Shown one piece after another: positions 1-8,130 of a DNA stretch of 64,000 nucleotides; the stretch's first letter is position 1; every line of letters begins with the position of its first letter. Source of the stretch: an uncultured Acidobacteriota bacterium. Its GTDB lineage: Bacteria > Acidobacteriota > Thermoanaerobaculia > Multivoradales > UBA5704. The position numbers were made by a program, and so were the translations under genes. Under the pieces are notes generated by a model that was not told the origin of the DNA, made no database searches, and worked only from the letters and a program-made list of their open reading frames with translations. The stretch is from the NCBI GenBank assembly GCA_963770895.1, contig CAVYRF010000002.1:4736001-4800000 (forward strand), given 5' to 3'.

Positions 1-2
1 CC

Positions 3-164
3 ACGGTGTGCACCGAGCCGCCTTACGTGGCCTCCCTGACGATGGATCGCGCGGTGCTCATCAAGGCCTCGGCGGCTTTCGGCCGGCGCACGCTCGCGGC
101 CCTCGGCGCCACCTGGGTTGATTGGAACCTCGGCCCGGCCAGCGCGGCCCGCCTGGTAACCTGA
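3..164 (+). CDS. 3' end of a hypothetical protein (partial, runs off window)
   Basis: Open frame TVCTEPPYVASLTMDRAVLIKAS...ARLVT* with GC-rich third positions, stop TGA 162-164. Confidence 0.45.
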   Translation, partial: TVCTEPPYVASLTMDRAVLIKASAAFGRRTLAALGATWVDWNLGPASAARLVT

Positions 165-280
165 GCCGGGTGCGAACCGGTAGAATTGGGGGCGCCAGCG
201 GTTTACGGGAGGAGTGCGATGCAGGCGAGCCAGCCGGAGGGCGGCGAAGAGCTTGAACGCGGGAAGCGTGGAGCTGGGAC

Positions 281-1066
281 GTGGTCGAGCATCGCGCCCA
301 GCTGGGAGCGGTCGAGTGCATCGTCGAGGAGATGCTGGGTGACCAGGCTCTGCGCCGCTTCGCCGCCATGCGCGACGCGGTGCCGCTGCTGCTGCACGGC
401 ATCGGTCTGTCTCTGGGCAGCAGCGAGGGGCTCGACCCGGTGCGCCTGCGGCAGGTCGAGCGCGCGGTCCAGGCGCTGCGCCCGCCCTGGTTCTCCGAGC
501 ACATCGCCTGGACGCGGGCCGGCGGCGTCGACGTCGGCCACTTGACGCCCCTGCCCTTCACCCACGAAGCGGTCCAGACCGTCGCGCGCAACGTGGAGAC
601 CCTGCAGCGCGCCCTTCCCGGCGTACCGTTGCTGCTGGAAAACATCGCCTACACCCTGCCCTTGCCGGGCTCGCAGATGACCGAACCCGAATTTGTCCGC
701 GCCGTGGTCGAAGCCGCCGGCACCGGGCTGCTGCTCGACCTGGAGAACGTGCACGCCAACACCCTCAATCACGGCGGCGACGCGCTCGACGCCATCGCGG
801 CGCTCCCCCTGGAGCGGGTGGTCGAAGTCCACCTGGCCGGTGGTCTCTGGCAGGAAGGGGAGTACGCCGACACCCACACCCGCCCGGTGCCCGAGGAGTC
901 CTGGGCGCTGCTCGAATGGCTGGTGCCGCGAGCCCCCAACCTGGCGGCAGTGATCATCGAGCGCGACGACGATCTGCCGCCCTTCGCCGACCTGCTCGCC
1001 GAGGTGCGGCGAGCGCAGGGCATTCTCGATGCAGCTCGCCGACCTGCAACGCCAGCTGGCCGCTAG
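281..1066 (+). CDS. DUF692 family multinuclear non-heme iron oxidative enzyme (MNIO)
   Basis: Motifs LHG-LSLG, SEH, LLLEN, LDLEN, EVHLAG, DTH, IERD; N-terminus short (a strong-SD ATG at 219 is in another frame). Confidence 0.9.
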   Translation: MVEHRAQLGAVECIVEEMLGDQALRRFAAMRDAVPLLLHGIGLSLGSSEGLDPVRLRQVERAVQALRPPWFSEHIAWTRAGGVDVGHLTPLPFTHEAVQTVARNVETLQRALPGVPLLLENIAYTLPLPGSQMTEPEFVRAVVEAAGTGLLLDLENVHANTLNHGGDALDAIAALPLERVVEVHLAGGLWQEGEYADTHTRPVPEESWALLEWLVPRAPNLAAVIIERDDDLPPFADLLAEVRRAQGILDAARRPATPAGR

Positions 1067-1547
1067 CCTCACCGGCCGCAGCGGCCGCAGCGCCCCGCCG
1101 GCCGGTTGCGCCGCCACCGCCATCGCACGCGCCCGCCGCGCCCTCGCCGCCAAGCGCCGCCGCGCCGTCCGCCACCTGTTGCCGCGCACCGCGGCAGCCC
1201 TGGCGGGCCGCTGGGAGGCCTGCTGGGGTCCCCACTGCGACCGCTACACGCCCAGCGGCATGCTCTATCACGTGGACGATGCGTGGGAGCTCGCGGCGCA
1301 CCTGGCAGCAAGCCGGCCGCGAGCGCGAGAGCGCGGCGCCGTCGCCATCTCCCCAGAGGTCCGCAGCGCCGCCCACGACGACCTGGTGAGCCTGCGGCTC
1401 CGCTACAGCCGCAGGCGCAGGGTTGGAGGCCTGCGCATCCGCGAACGCCGCGGTGTTGTCGTCGCCTGGATCTCAACCCCGCGCCACACCCTGGTGATAC
1501 GGCTGCCCGGCCGCCGGGGGCTGCTGTGGCAATGGCGAGTGGGGTAG
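1029..1547 (+). CDS. Putative MNIO partner protein (SCO6045/DUF2063-like helical domain)
   Basis: Overlaps the DUF692 stop; 'LQRQLAASL...ALAAKRRRAVRHLLPRTAAAL' resembles partners found downstream of DUF692 genes. Confidence 0.65.
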   Translation: MQLADLQRQLAASLTGRSGRSAPPAGCAATAIARARRALAAKRRRAVRHLLPRTAAALAGRWEACWGPHCDRYTPSGMLYHVDDAWELAAHLAASRPRARERGAVAISPEVRSAAHDDLVSLRLRYSRRRRVGGLRIRERRGVVVAWISTPRHTLVIRLPGRRGLLWQWRVG

Positions 1548-1629
1548 TAGGCGCGGGCAAGGTTCTGGCCGGGAATCAAGAGGCAGTTGGGTGGGGAGTA
1601 AGGAGGAGGAGCAACCTGGCGCGGATTTG

Positions 1630-1801
1630 TTCGCAGGGCAGGATATTGCCCGAGCGCACACCGCGGGCTCAGGGATTGGCGAGTGCGCAGTCGAGTGGGC
1701 AATGTGTTCAGGTGGGGCAGAGGAGCTGGAGTTGGCGAGGTTGGCCGGATTGAGAAGCGCACGGGGGCCGCGGTGCGCGCGAGGCAAAGTTACCGAAGGA
1801 G
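1630..1801 (+). repeat. 170-bp hairpin repeat, copy R1
   Basis: TTCGCAGGG...GCGCACACCGCGGGCTCAGGG...GCGCACGGGGGCCGCGGTGCGCGCGAGGCAA...CGAAGGAG; matches R2-R5. Confidence 0.9.
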
Positions 1802-1876
1802 ATTGGGCGGGCAGACCCAAAGGAGCGAGGTGCCGGCCGACGCGGTTCCGCGCTGAGCCTGCGCTGCGAGTATTCT

Positions 1877-2116
1877 ATGTTCGATGATGCCAAGCCCAAG
1901 GCGCCCCTGGATTGCTGGCGGCTATGGAGAGAACGGCAACAACGTGCCGGTAGCGATCTCGATTCTTACCGCGCCAAGCTGGCAATCGAAACTCACCTGT
2001 CGCGGATCGCCCAGCATCGCCCTCTAGACTCGATTGTCGAGCCAGAATTGCGAGCTGCGGCTGCAGGCCTCCGCAAGTGGTTTTCCCAAGAGTTCTTTGA
2101 TGGCCTCATGGATTGA
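1877..2116 (+). CDS. Small hypothetical protein (possibly 5'-truncated)
   Basis: 79-aa ORF just downstream of R1, no clear SD. Confidence 0.4.
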   Translation: MFDDAKPKAPLDCWRLWRERQQRAGSDLDSYRAKLAIETHLSRIAQHRPLDSIVEPELRAAAAGLRKWFSQEFFDGLMD

Positions 2117-2405
2117 TGGTTCCCTCTGCCCGGACGTTGTTGTGCCTGCGTCTATCGACTCGCTGGCGGATCGGGTGGATTTCATCGTCCGCCTCTGCGG
2201 CGCCTGGGACTTCGGTGTGCTCCCAGGCCGCGCGACCCTCTCCGAAATCTGCCGGCCCGACTGGAGGGCGGCCATCGACGCGGCGCGCCTTCTCACCTCT
2301 CCCAGCTATCACCTGGTTCGCCGCTGGCACGGACTGGAACCTCAAACCTATTGTGGCCAGCAGCTTGCCTACATCCGCGACGATCCCAGCTTGAATTTCG
2401 TCTGA
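2100..2405 (+). CDS. Hypothetical protein
   Basis: ORF overlapping the previous stop; globular-looking sequence (LADRVDFIVRLCGAWDFG...). Confidence 0.5.
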   Translation: MASWIDGSLCPDVVVPASIDSLADRVDFIVRLCGAWDFGVLPGRATLSEICRPDWRAAIDAARLLTSPSYHLVRRWHGLEPQTYCGQQLAYIRDDPSLNFV

Positions 2406-2597
2406 CATGACCTTGCCATCCTGGCGCCTTGAGCGCCAGTGGGCGCCTGAAAAAATCTGCTCGGCGACGAGATCACGTAGGGCTCGCGGGCGCGCGCGTG
2501 GACTGCGCTAGCGTTTCGGGGGCCTTTGCCGCCTTGCCGCTCTTCCTCGCGGTAGGTCCTTGCCCTTCGACTCTCAATCCACTAGCTTGGATCATTG

Positions 2598-2626
2598 TTG
2601 ACAAGAAAAGTTGTCAAGGGTACCAT
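2598..2626 (+). promoter_or_regulatory. Sigma70 promoter overlapped by a palindromic operator
   Basis: TTGACA-17 nt-TACCAT; inverted repeat TTGACAA-GAAAAG-TTGTCAA at 2598-2617. Confidence 0.8.
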
Positions 2627-2632
2627 CGCCTT

Positions 2633-3235
2633 GTGCTCGACATCCAGGTCATCGATGATCCGGGCGTGGCGATGGTGGCCATGGAGCCGATGCGGAGTCG
2701 ACTGCTTTCCGAGCTGGCTGCGCCCGCCTCGGCGGCGACGTTGGCCGCGCGGGTTGGCTTGGCTCGGCAAAAAGTCAACTACCACCTGCACGCCCTGGAG
2801 GCGCAGGGGCTGGTGCGGCTGGCCCAGGAACGCAAGTGGGGCGGGCTGACGGAGCGGCTGCTCGTGGCGACGGCCGCGTCCTACGTCATTTCGCCGAGCG
2901 CCCTGGGTCCGGTCGCAGCGGATCCGAATCGGGAAATCGACAGGCTGTCCGCCAGCTATCTCATCGCCTTGGGCGCACGGGTCGTTCGCGAGGTGGGCGA
3001 TCTCGTTCGTCGTGCGCAAGACGCGGGCAAGCGCCTGGCGACCCTGGCGGTGGATACCGAGGTTCGCTTCCGGTCTGCGACGGACCGGGCGGCTTTCAGC
3101 AACGAACTCGCCGAGGCCATCACGAAATTGGTTGCGAAGTACCACGATGAAACCACCCCCGGCGGCCGCGCGCATCGCCTGGTGGTCGTGGCGCACCCCC
3201 TGCCGCAGAGAGCTGACCCCAAGGAGCCATCATGA
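2633..3235 (+). CDS. ArsR-type HTH transcriptional regulator
   Basis: RSRLLSELAAPASAATLAARVGLARQKVNYHLHALE wHTH; GTG start 7 nt after the -10 box. Confidence 0.88.
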   Translation: MLDIQVIDDPGVAMVAMEPMRSRLLSELAAPASAATLAARVGLARQKVNYHLHALEAQGLVRLAQERKWGGLTERLLVATAASYVISPSALGPVAADPNREIDRLSASYLIALGARVVREVGDLVRRAQDAGKRLATLAVDTEVRFRSATDRAAFSNELAEAITKLVAKYHDETTPGGRAHRLVVVAHPLPQRADPKEPS

Positions 3236-4056
3236 GCGTGAAGAAAGAAGCTTCCGGACGCCGTTCCGTCCAGGTCGAAGTCGAGGTCCCCGGCACGCCG
3301 GAGGAAGTCTGGCAGGCCATCGCCACCGGGCCGGGTATTTCGTCCTGGTTCGTGCCGACTGAGTTCGAGGAGCTCGACGGCAAGCCCGTAGCGGTGAAGT
3401 TGAGCTTCGGTCCGGGCATGGAGTCCCGTTCTGCCGTGACGGCCTGGGATCCGCCGCGGATGTTTGCCGCCGAGGCCGATGGCTGGGCTCCTGGCTCGCC
3501 GCCCATCGCGGACGAGTGGAGCGTCGAAGCGCGCGGGGGAGGCATCTGCGTCGTCCGCGTGGTGCATAGCCTCTTCGCCAGCACGGACGACTGGGACAAC
3601 CAGCTGGAAGGCACCGAATCCGGCTGGCCTGGCTTCTTCCGCATCCTGCGGATCTATCTCACGCACTTCCGCGGCCAACGCTCCGCGATGATGCAGTGGA
3701 TCGCCCCCGCCACGGGAACCGAAGCCGAGGCATGGGAAACGCTGACCGCGGCATTGGGGCTGAACGGCGTGAGCGCTGGGCAGAGTTGGGCCGCCCCGGC
3801 GAGCGTCCCTGCGCTCGGCGGCGTGGTGGAACACGTCAGCCAGAGTCCGTGCAATGCCCTGCTGCGGCTCGACAAGCCGGGGCCGGGCGCCGCCGCCCTT
3901 GGCGCTGTCAACTACGGCGGCGCAATCATGGTCACGCTGAGCTTCTACCTCTACGGCGATCAGGCGGCCGGGACCGCCGCCCGCGAGACACCGGTGTGGC
4001 AAGCGTGGATTCAAGAACGCTTTCCGGTGCCGTCGGAGACGAACAACAGTGAATGA
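3232..4056 (+). CDS. SRPBCC (AHSA1/START-like) domain protein
   Basis: EVEVPGTPEEVWQAIATGPGISSWF...SGW motif; ATGA overlap with the regulator. Confidence 0.88.
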   Translation: MSVKKEASGRRSVQVEVEVPGTPEEVWQAIATGPGISSWFVPTEFEELDGKPVAVKLSFGPGMESRSAVTAWDPPRMFAAEADGWAPGSPPIADEWSVEARGGGICVVRVVHSLFASTDDWDNQLEGTESGWPGFFRILRIYLTHFRGQRSAMMQWIAPATGTEAEAWETLTAALGLNGVSAGQSWAAPASVPALGGVVEHVSQSPCNALLRLDKPGPGAAALGAVNYGGAIMVTLSFYLYGDQAAGTAARETPVWQAWIQERFPVPSETNNSE

Positions 4057-4259
4057 TCGCGTGGTCATGGGAGCACACTCCCGTCGTTGCGCGTGATTGT
4101 CGAGCAACGCAAACGGTCGATCCCCGGCCAGTTGAGGGCCGGATGCCGTGGCGATGTCCGCAAGCGTGTGGCCCGCGTCGAGCGCCATCGATGTAAGACG
4201 CTCAGCCCGCCTCGGCACTATCGATTTCTCTGATACAGGCCACTTTATAGCTGCGTCAT

Positions 4260-4289
4260 GCGGTGGTGTCCTGGACAGGACACCACCGC
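4260..4289. other. Perfect 13-bp stem-loop
   Basis: GCGGTGGTGTCCT-GGAC-AGGACACCACCGC. Confidence 0.6.
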
Positions 4290-4391
4290 GCGGCACTGTG
4301 CCGCGTCGCGCCACGCCACGCCTTGACTTAAAATTGCAAGGCGGTATATACGTCGTTGCTGCAAACTGGCTGTGCTGCGAGGCCGAAACCT

Positions 4392-5789
4392 ATGTACCCT
4401 ATCTTTGCGACCGCTTGGGCCTTGGCCGTCCTTTTTCACCTGGCGACGCCGCACGGGGCCGAAAGGAACGCGGTCTCCGCGCTGCTGCTGGTCGCGGCGC
4501 TGGTCACGATCCTTTTCCCGGGCAACAGCTTGGCGCTGGTGACGCTGGCAGTGTGCCAGATCGCGCAGTTCTGGGAACGGCTCCCCATGCGAGCTCAGAC
4601 CAGCGAGTACTTCAAGTTCATTTGCGGTCTCTGCCTCATCGCCACGTACGTTCCCCAGGCATCGGCGCAGGGGACGGCGTCGATTGCGACCGACCTTTGG
4701 TTCGCGTCCTTCGCGCCGTTGTTGAGGCTGGCGACGAGCCTGCTGTTTTTTGCCTCGGTCCTGCACAAGCTCAATGCCGGTTTCTTCAGCTCCGAGCGCA
4801 GCCACGCCGGGAAGATCGTCGGGCCTCTCATATCCGCTCTCGGATTGCCAAGCCCCAGATGGTTGCGCGCGATGCTGCCCTACGCGACCGTGCTTGGCGA
4901 ATTCTTCATCGCGGCGGGCCTGCTCTTTCCGGCGACACGGGCAGCGGCCGTATGGACGTTGCTGCTGATGTTCTTTGCCGTCGGCCTGCGTGGGGTCGTC
5001 CAGTTTGCCTGGCTGATGTATGCCGTGGGGCTCCTGTTCTGCGACGATCGGGTGGCCGCTCGCGCCATGCCTTATGTGGCGACAACCTTCTCGGTTCGTC
5101 ACGTGCTCTTTGCGCTTGCCTGCTGCTTCTTTTTTCCCGCGGCCATCCTGCTGCGGCGGCGCGCGACCGCATTGCTGCTCCTGGTCAGTACCGTCGTGAT
5201 GGCTCTTGCCTTGTTTGCCTGGTCGGCGGCGGCCGTCACCGGTGCTCCCGCTCCCATGATATGGACAGGAGCAAGCTTGCCGCTGTCCACGGCTCAAATC
5301 GCCCTGCTGGTGCTCTTTTCGCTCAACGAGCTGGGGCCTTATGTTGGCTACAAGGACTGGCCGACCTTTCGCATGTACAGCAATCTCGAAAGCGGATTTA
5401 CCATCAATCACCTATTCCTGAGGGCTTGGCTTTTTACGCCATTTTTCAAGCGGCGGCAGGAGGTCCTGCTGTCGCCGTCCACCGTGAAGCGCATCCCCTA
5501 CCAGCGCTTCAGAGCCGGCGGCGACCTTTATCTGCCGTATAGCTCCCTGGCGGTGCTGGTCCGAGAGTTTGGCAAGGCGGGAGGGCCCCCCATGCCCATC
5601 CAATCTCCCGACCCGGGCAGCAGCGCCGCGACGGCCGCGGCGACCGCGGCGATTTCGACGACCGCGGCGCCCGGGGAGAATGCCGAGCGGACAGCAAGCT
5701 CGTGGTTGGATCTGCTCATGCCGCCGCGCTTCTTCTTCCACTATCCGTGCTCGCGGCCGCCACAAGCTCCGGAGCTCAAATCGCCCTAG
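4392..5789 (+). CDS. Polytopic membrane protein, HTTM-like
   Basis: Many hydrophobic segments; 'SVLHKLNAGFF' and 'GPYVGYK..TFRMYSNL' motifs. Confidence 0.65.
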   Translation: MYPIFATAWALAVLFHLATPHGAERNAVSALLLVAALVTILFPGNSLALVTLAVCQIAQFWERLPMRAQTSEYFKFICGLCLIATYVPQASAQGTASIATDLWFASFAPLLRLATSLLFFASVLHKLNAGFFSSERSHAGKIVGPLISALGLPSPRWLRAMLPYATVLGEFFIAAGLLFPATRAAAVWTLLLMFFAVGLRGVVQFAWLMYAVGLLFCDDRVAARAMPYVATTFSVRHVLFALACCFFFPAAILLRRRATALLLLVSTVVMALALFAWSAAAVTGAPAPMIWTGASLPLSTAQIALLVLFSLNELGPYVGYKDWPTFRMYSNLESGFTINHLFLRAWLFTPFFKRRQEVLLSPSTVKRIPYQRFRAGGDLYLPYSSLAVLVREFGKAGGPPMPIQSPDPGSSAATAAATAAISTTAAPGENAERTASSWLDLLMPPRFFFHYPCSRPPQAPELKSP

Positions 5790-5906
5790 CCAGGGCGTCC
5801 TCTCGATATCGGCTCGGTCGTCACCTGCGCCGGCGCGGTTCCCTTCGGTAGCGCCTGGGGTGGGGGTAGCTGCCCCCGGCCAGGCCCGTCAGGTAGGGGC
5901 GAGCAT

Positions 5907-6076
5907 TTCGAAGGGCTGGCGGTTGCCCGAGCGCGCACCGCGGGCTCAGGGTGTGGCGAGTGCGCGGTCGCGTGGGCAAGGATTAAGGTAAGGCAGGGAG
6001 AGGGAGTGGGCGTTTTCGGTCGGGGTGAGAAGCGCACGGGGGCCGCGGTGCGCGCGAGGCAAAGAAATCGAAGGAG
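5907..6076 (+). repeat. 170-bp hairpin repeat, copy R2
   Basis: Same conserved arms as R1. Confidence 0.9.
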
Positions 6077-6100
6077 ATACTCGTATGCTGGAGGTTCCCT

Positions 6101-6319
6101 ATGAAGAACATCACCTTGAGCGCCGACGAAGACCTGATCGAAGCCGCACGCGCCCGTGCGCGGGCCGAGCACACCACGCTGAATGAGCAGTTCCGCCGCT
6201 GGCTGGGCGAATACACCCAGCGCCAGAAGCAAGCGGACGCAGCCTTGGCAGTGATCGACGAGTTGCGCGGCAAGCTGCGCACCGGGGGGCGCCGCTTCAC
6301 TCGTGGGGAAGATGAATGA
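6101..6319 (+). CDS. Antitoxin (RHH/CopG-like, VapB type)
   Basis: MKNITLSADEDLIEAARARA...FTR; GGAGG SD; overlaps the PIN start. Confidence 0.8.
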   Translation: MKNITLSADEDLIEAARARARAEHTTLNEQFRRWLGEYTQRQKQADAALAVIDELRGKLRTGGRRFTRGEDE

Positions 6320-6412
6320 ACGCTGATTTTCTCGACACCAACATCTTCGTCTATCTGTTGGACGAGACCGACGAACGCCGCCGCGAGATCGCGCGGCGCC
6401 TGGTCCACGCGG
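6316..6412 (+). pseudogene. Truncated PIN-domain (VapC) toxin, first ~32 codons only
   Basis: MNADFLDTNIFVYLLD PIN N-terminal motif; similarity stops at the 45-bp repeat. Confidence 0.8.
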
Positions 6413-6453
6413 CCGCGCAGCGGGCCGGGAAGGCGACGGTCGGACAGGTGGCG
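6409..6453 (+). repeat. 45-bp repeat, copy A
   Basis: 43/45 identical to 9792-9836. Confidence 0.85.
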
Positions 6454-6969
6454 TCAGGGTTTAAGGCTGTAGGCCGCGGCCATCGCGCCGGCGCCAGCCT
6501 GGTACTTGCGGGCGCGGGCCAGTTCGGCGATCTGGCGGATGTGGCCGAGGTCGTGGAGCGCCCATTCATTCAACATCTGCGACATGGTGATCTCGCCATA
6601 CTCCTTATGCACGGCGAGGCGATCGCCGGCACCGGCGGGGAGGTTGCGGAGGAAGTCGATGTTGTGCTCGCGCTGCTCCTCGAAGTGATCGATGGCATCC
6701 TCGGGGTCGGCATCGCGATAGAGGTCGAGGTACATCTGAGCGTCGTCGGGCTCGAACTGGGGACGGGTTTCCGCCATGAAACGATCGAGGCGCATGCGGT
6801 AGCAGTCGCCTTCGGAGTGCGACAGGTGGGCCAGCACCTCGGCGACGGAGAAGCGTTCGGGCGCCGGCTTCCAGCGGGCGTCCGCATCGGTCAGCTCCGT
6901 CATCAGGGCGCGGAGAATTCGAGGCGTGGCCTCCAGCAGGTCCAGGCAGGGCAGTCCGTTTTCCGTCAT
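6454..6969 (-). CDS. DinB family protein
   Basis: FSVAEVLAHL...WALHDLGHIRQI His triad. Confidence 0.88.
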   Translation of the reverse strand: MTENGLPCLDLLEATPRILRALMTELTDADARWKPAPERFSVAEVLAHLSHSEGDCYRMRLDRFMAETRPQFEPDDAQMYLDLYRDADPEDAIDHFEEQREHNIDFLRNLPAGAGDRLAVHKEYGEITMSQMLNEWALHDLGHIRQIAELARARKYQAGAGAMAAAYSLKP

Positions 6970-7083
6970 GGGTTTATCCTACGACGTTGTCGCCGCCATC
7001 GACATGGCGGGTGTTGCCTGCCGGAGAGGCGATGAGTAGCCTGGGCGAGCCGGACCGCAACGGGGCCGGCTCGCCGATTGTGG

Positions 7084-7332
7084 CTAACAGACCGGCGAAG
7101 AGTGGTGCAGGACGTAGGCCGATTGGGTGCCGTAGCACTCGCAGTCGCCGCAGTCGTTCTGGCACGAGCCCACGACGGTGGTGTAGGTGTCGTCCGAGTA
7201 GTACACCCAGGTGTCCAGCTCGGTGTCGCGCGGATTGCAGTAGAAGGTCGCATGCGCCAGGGGCGGGGCTGTCGCCAGAGCTGCCAGGGTCAGTACGGCG
7301 ATCAGGCAGACAAAACGTCTTGCGGTCGTCAT
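7084..7332 (-). CDS. Small secreted Cys-rich protein (DUF6289-like)
   Basis: Signal peptide ending AHA; YYSDDTYTTVVG..CQNDCGDCEC; AAGGA SD. Confidence 0.75.
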   Translation of the reverse strand: MTTARRFVCLIAVLTLAALATAPPLAHATFYCNPRDTELDTWVYYSDDTYTTVVGSCQNDCGDCECYGTQSAYVLHHSSPVC

Positions 7333-7927
7333 GGCCATTCCTTTCGGGGTTGAAGCCGGATGTCGCACCTTGCGGCCGGCGGTCAGTAGCAGATCTGGGC
7401 TGGGTTGCCCCAGCCGATGGACTTTCCAATCTCACCTTAGTTTAGTGCCTGCCATACATCAGCAGCAACACGCGGGAGAGCCCGGCGCTTCGCGGTGCGC
7501 CGCGAGGGTTTTCTTGAAAATCCGCGGATCGCCGCGCCGGTCTTTGCCGCGCCGGAGGTTCCCGCGACTCAGCAAGCTCGCCGCCACCGGCGGGCAAGGG
7601 TCCGCCGCGCCTGCCGGCGGTGCGGAGGTCTGTCCGATGGCACGCCTTCCGAGCTTCCAGCCCGCGCCGCAACCTGCGCAGGTGGTTTGTGCGGACCCCG
7701 CAGCGATGCGGCGTACGCCGGCCAGGCTGAGTTCTTCGTCTGTGGCTCGGGACTGCGCTGCCTGGCGCAAGGCACGTGCAGGGCCACCTCCAGGACGCGG
7801 TGCAGGTGCCTCATCATCCAGGCCCCGCACCGGGTGTGCCCCGCGCTGGCGCTGGCGTAAGGGGTCGCTTGGGGCGTGTCCGGGGCCGTGGCAGGTGACA
7901 GCGCCGAGCGGGCCGGCGGGGTGTCTG

Positions 7928-8097
7928 TTCGCAGGGCTGGCTGTTGAGCGAGCGCGCACCGCGGGCTCAGGGTTTGGCGAGTGCGCGGTTGCGTGGGCAA
8001 GGGTGCTGGTGGGGCAGGCGGACGGCTCTGGCGCGATGGGCCGGGGGGAGGAGCGCACGGGGGCCGTGGTGCGCGCGAGGCACAAGAATCGAAGGCG
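7928..8097 (+). repeat. 170-bp hairpin repeat, copy R3
   Basis: Nearly identical to R4, including flanks. Confidence 0.9.
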
Positions 8098-8130
8098 AGC
8101 GGGCGGGCGAGACGACGCGGGCGACGGCTT

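Noticed and set aside
6316-7035. 239-aa ORF as a full-length PIN toxin
   Set aside because: After about 32 codons it is the antisense read-through of dinB
7340-7927. Several overlapping ORFs in the intergenic stretch
   Set aside because: No SD, recognisable motif or consistent codon bias; left unannotated
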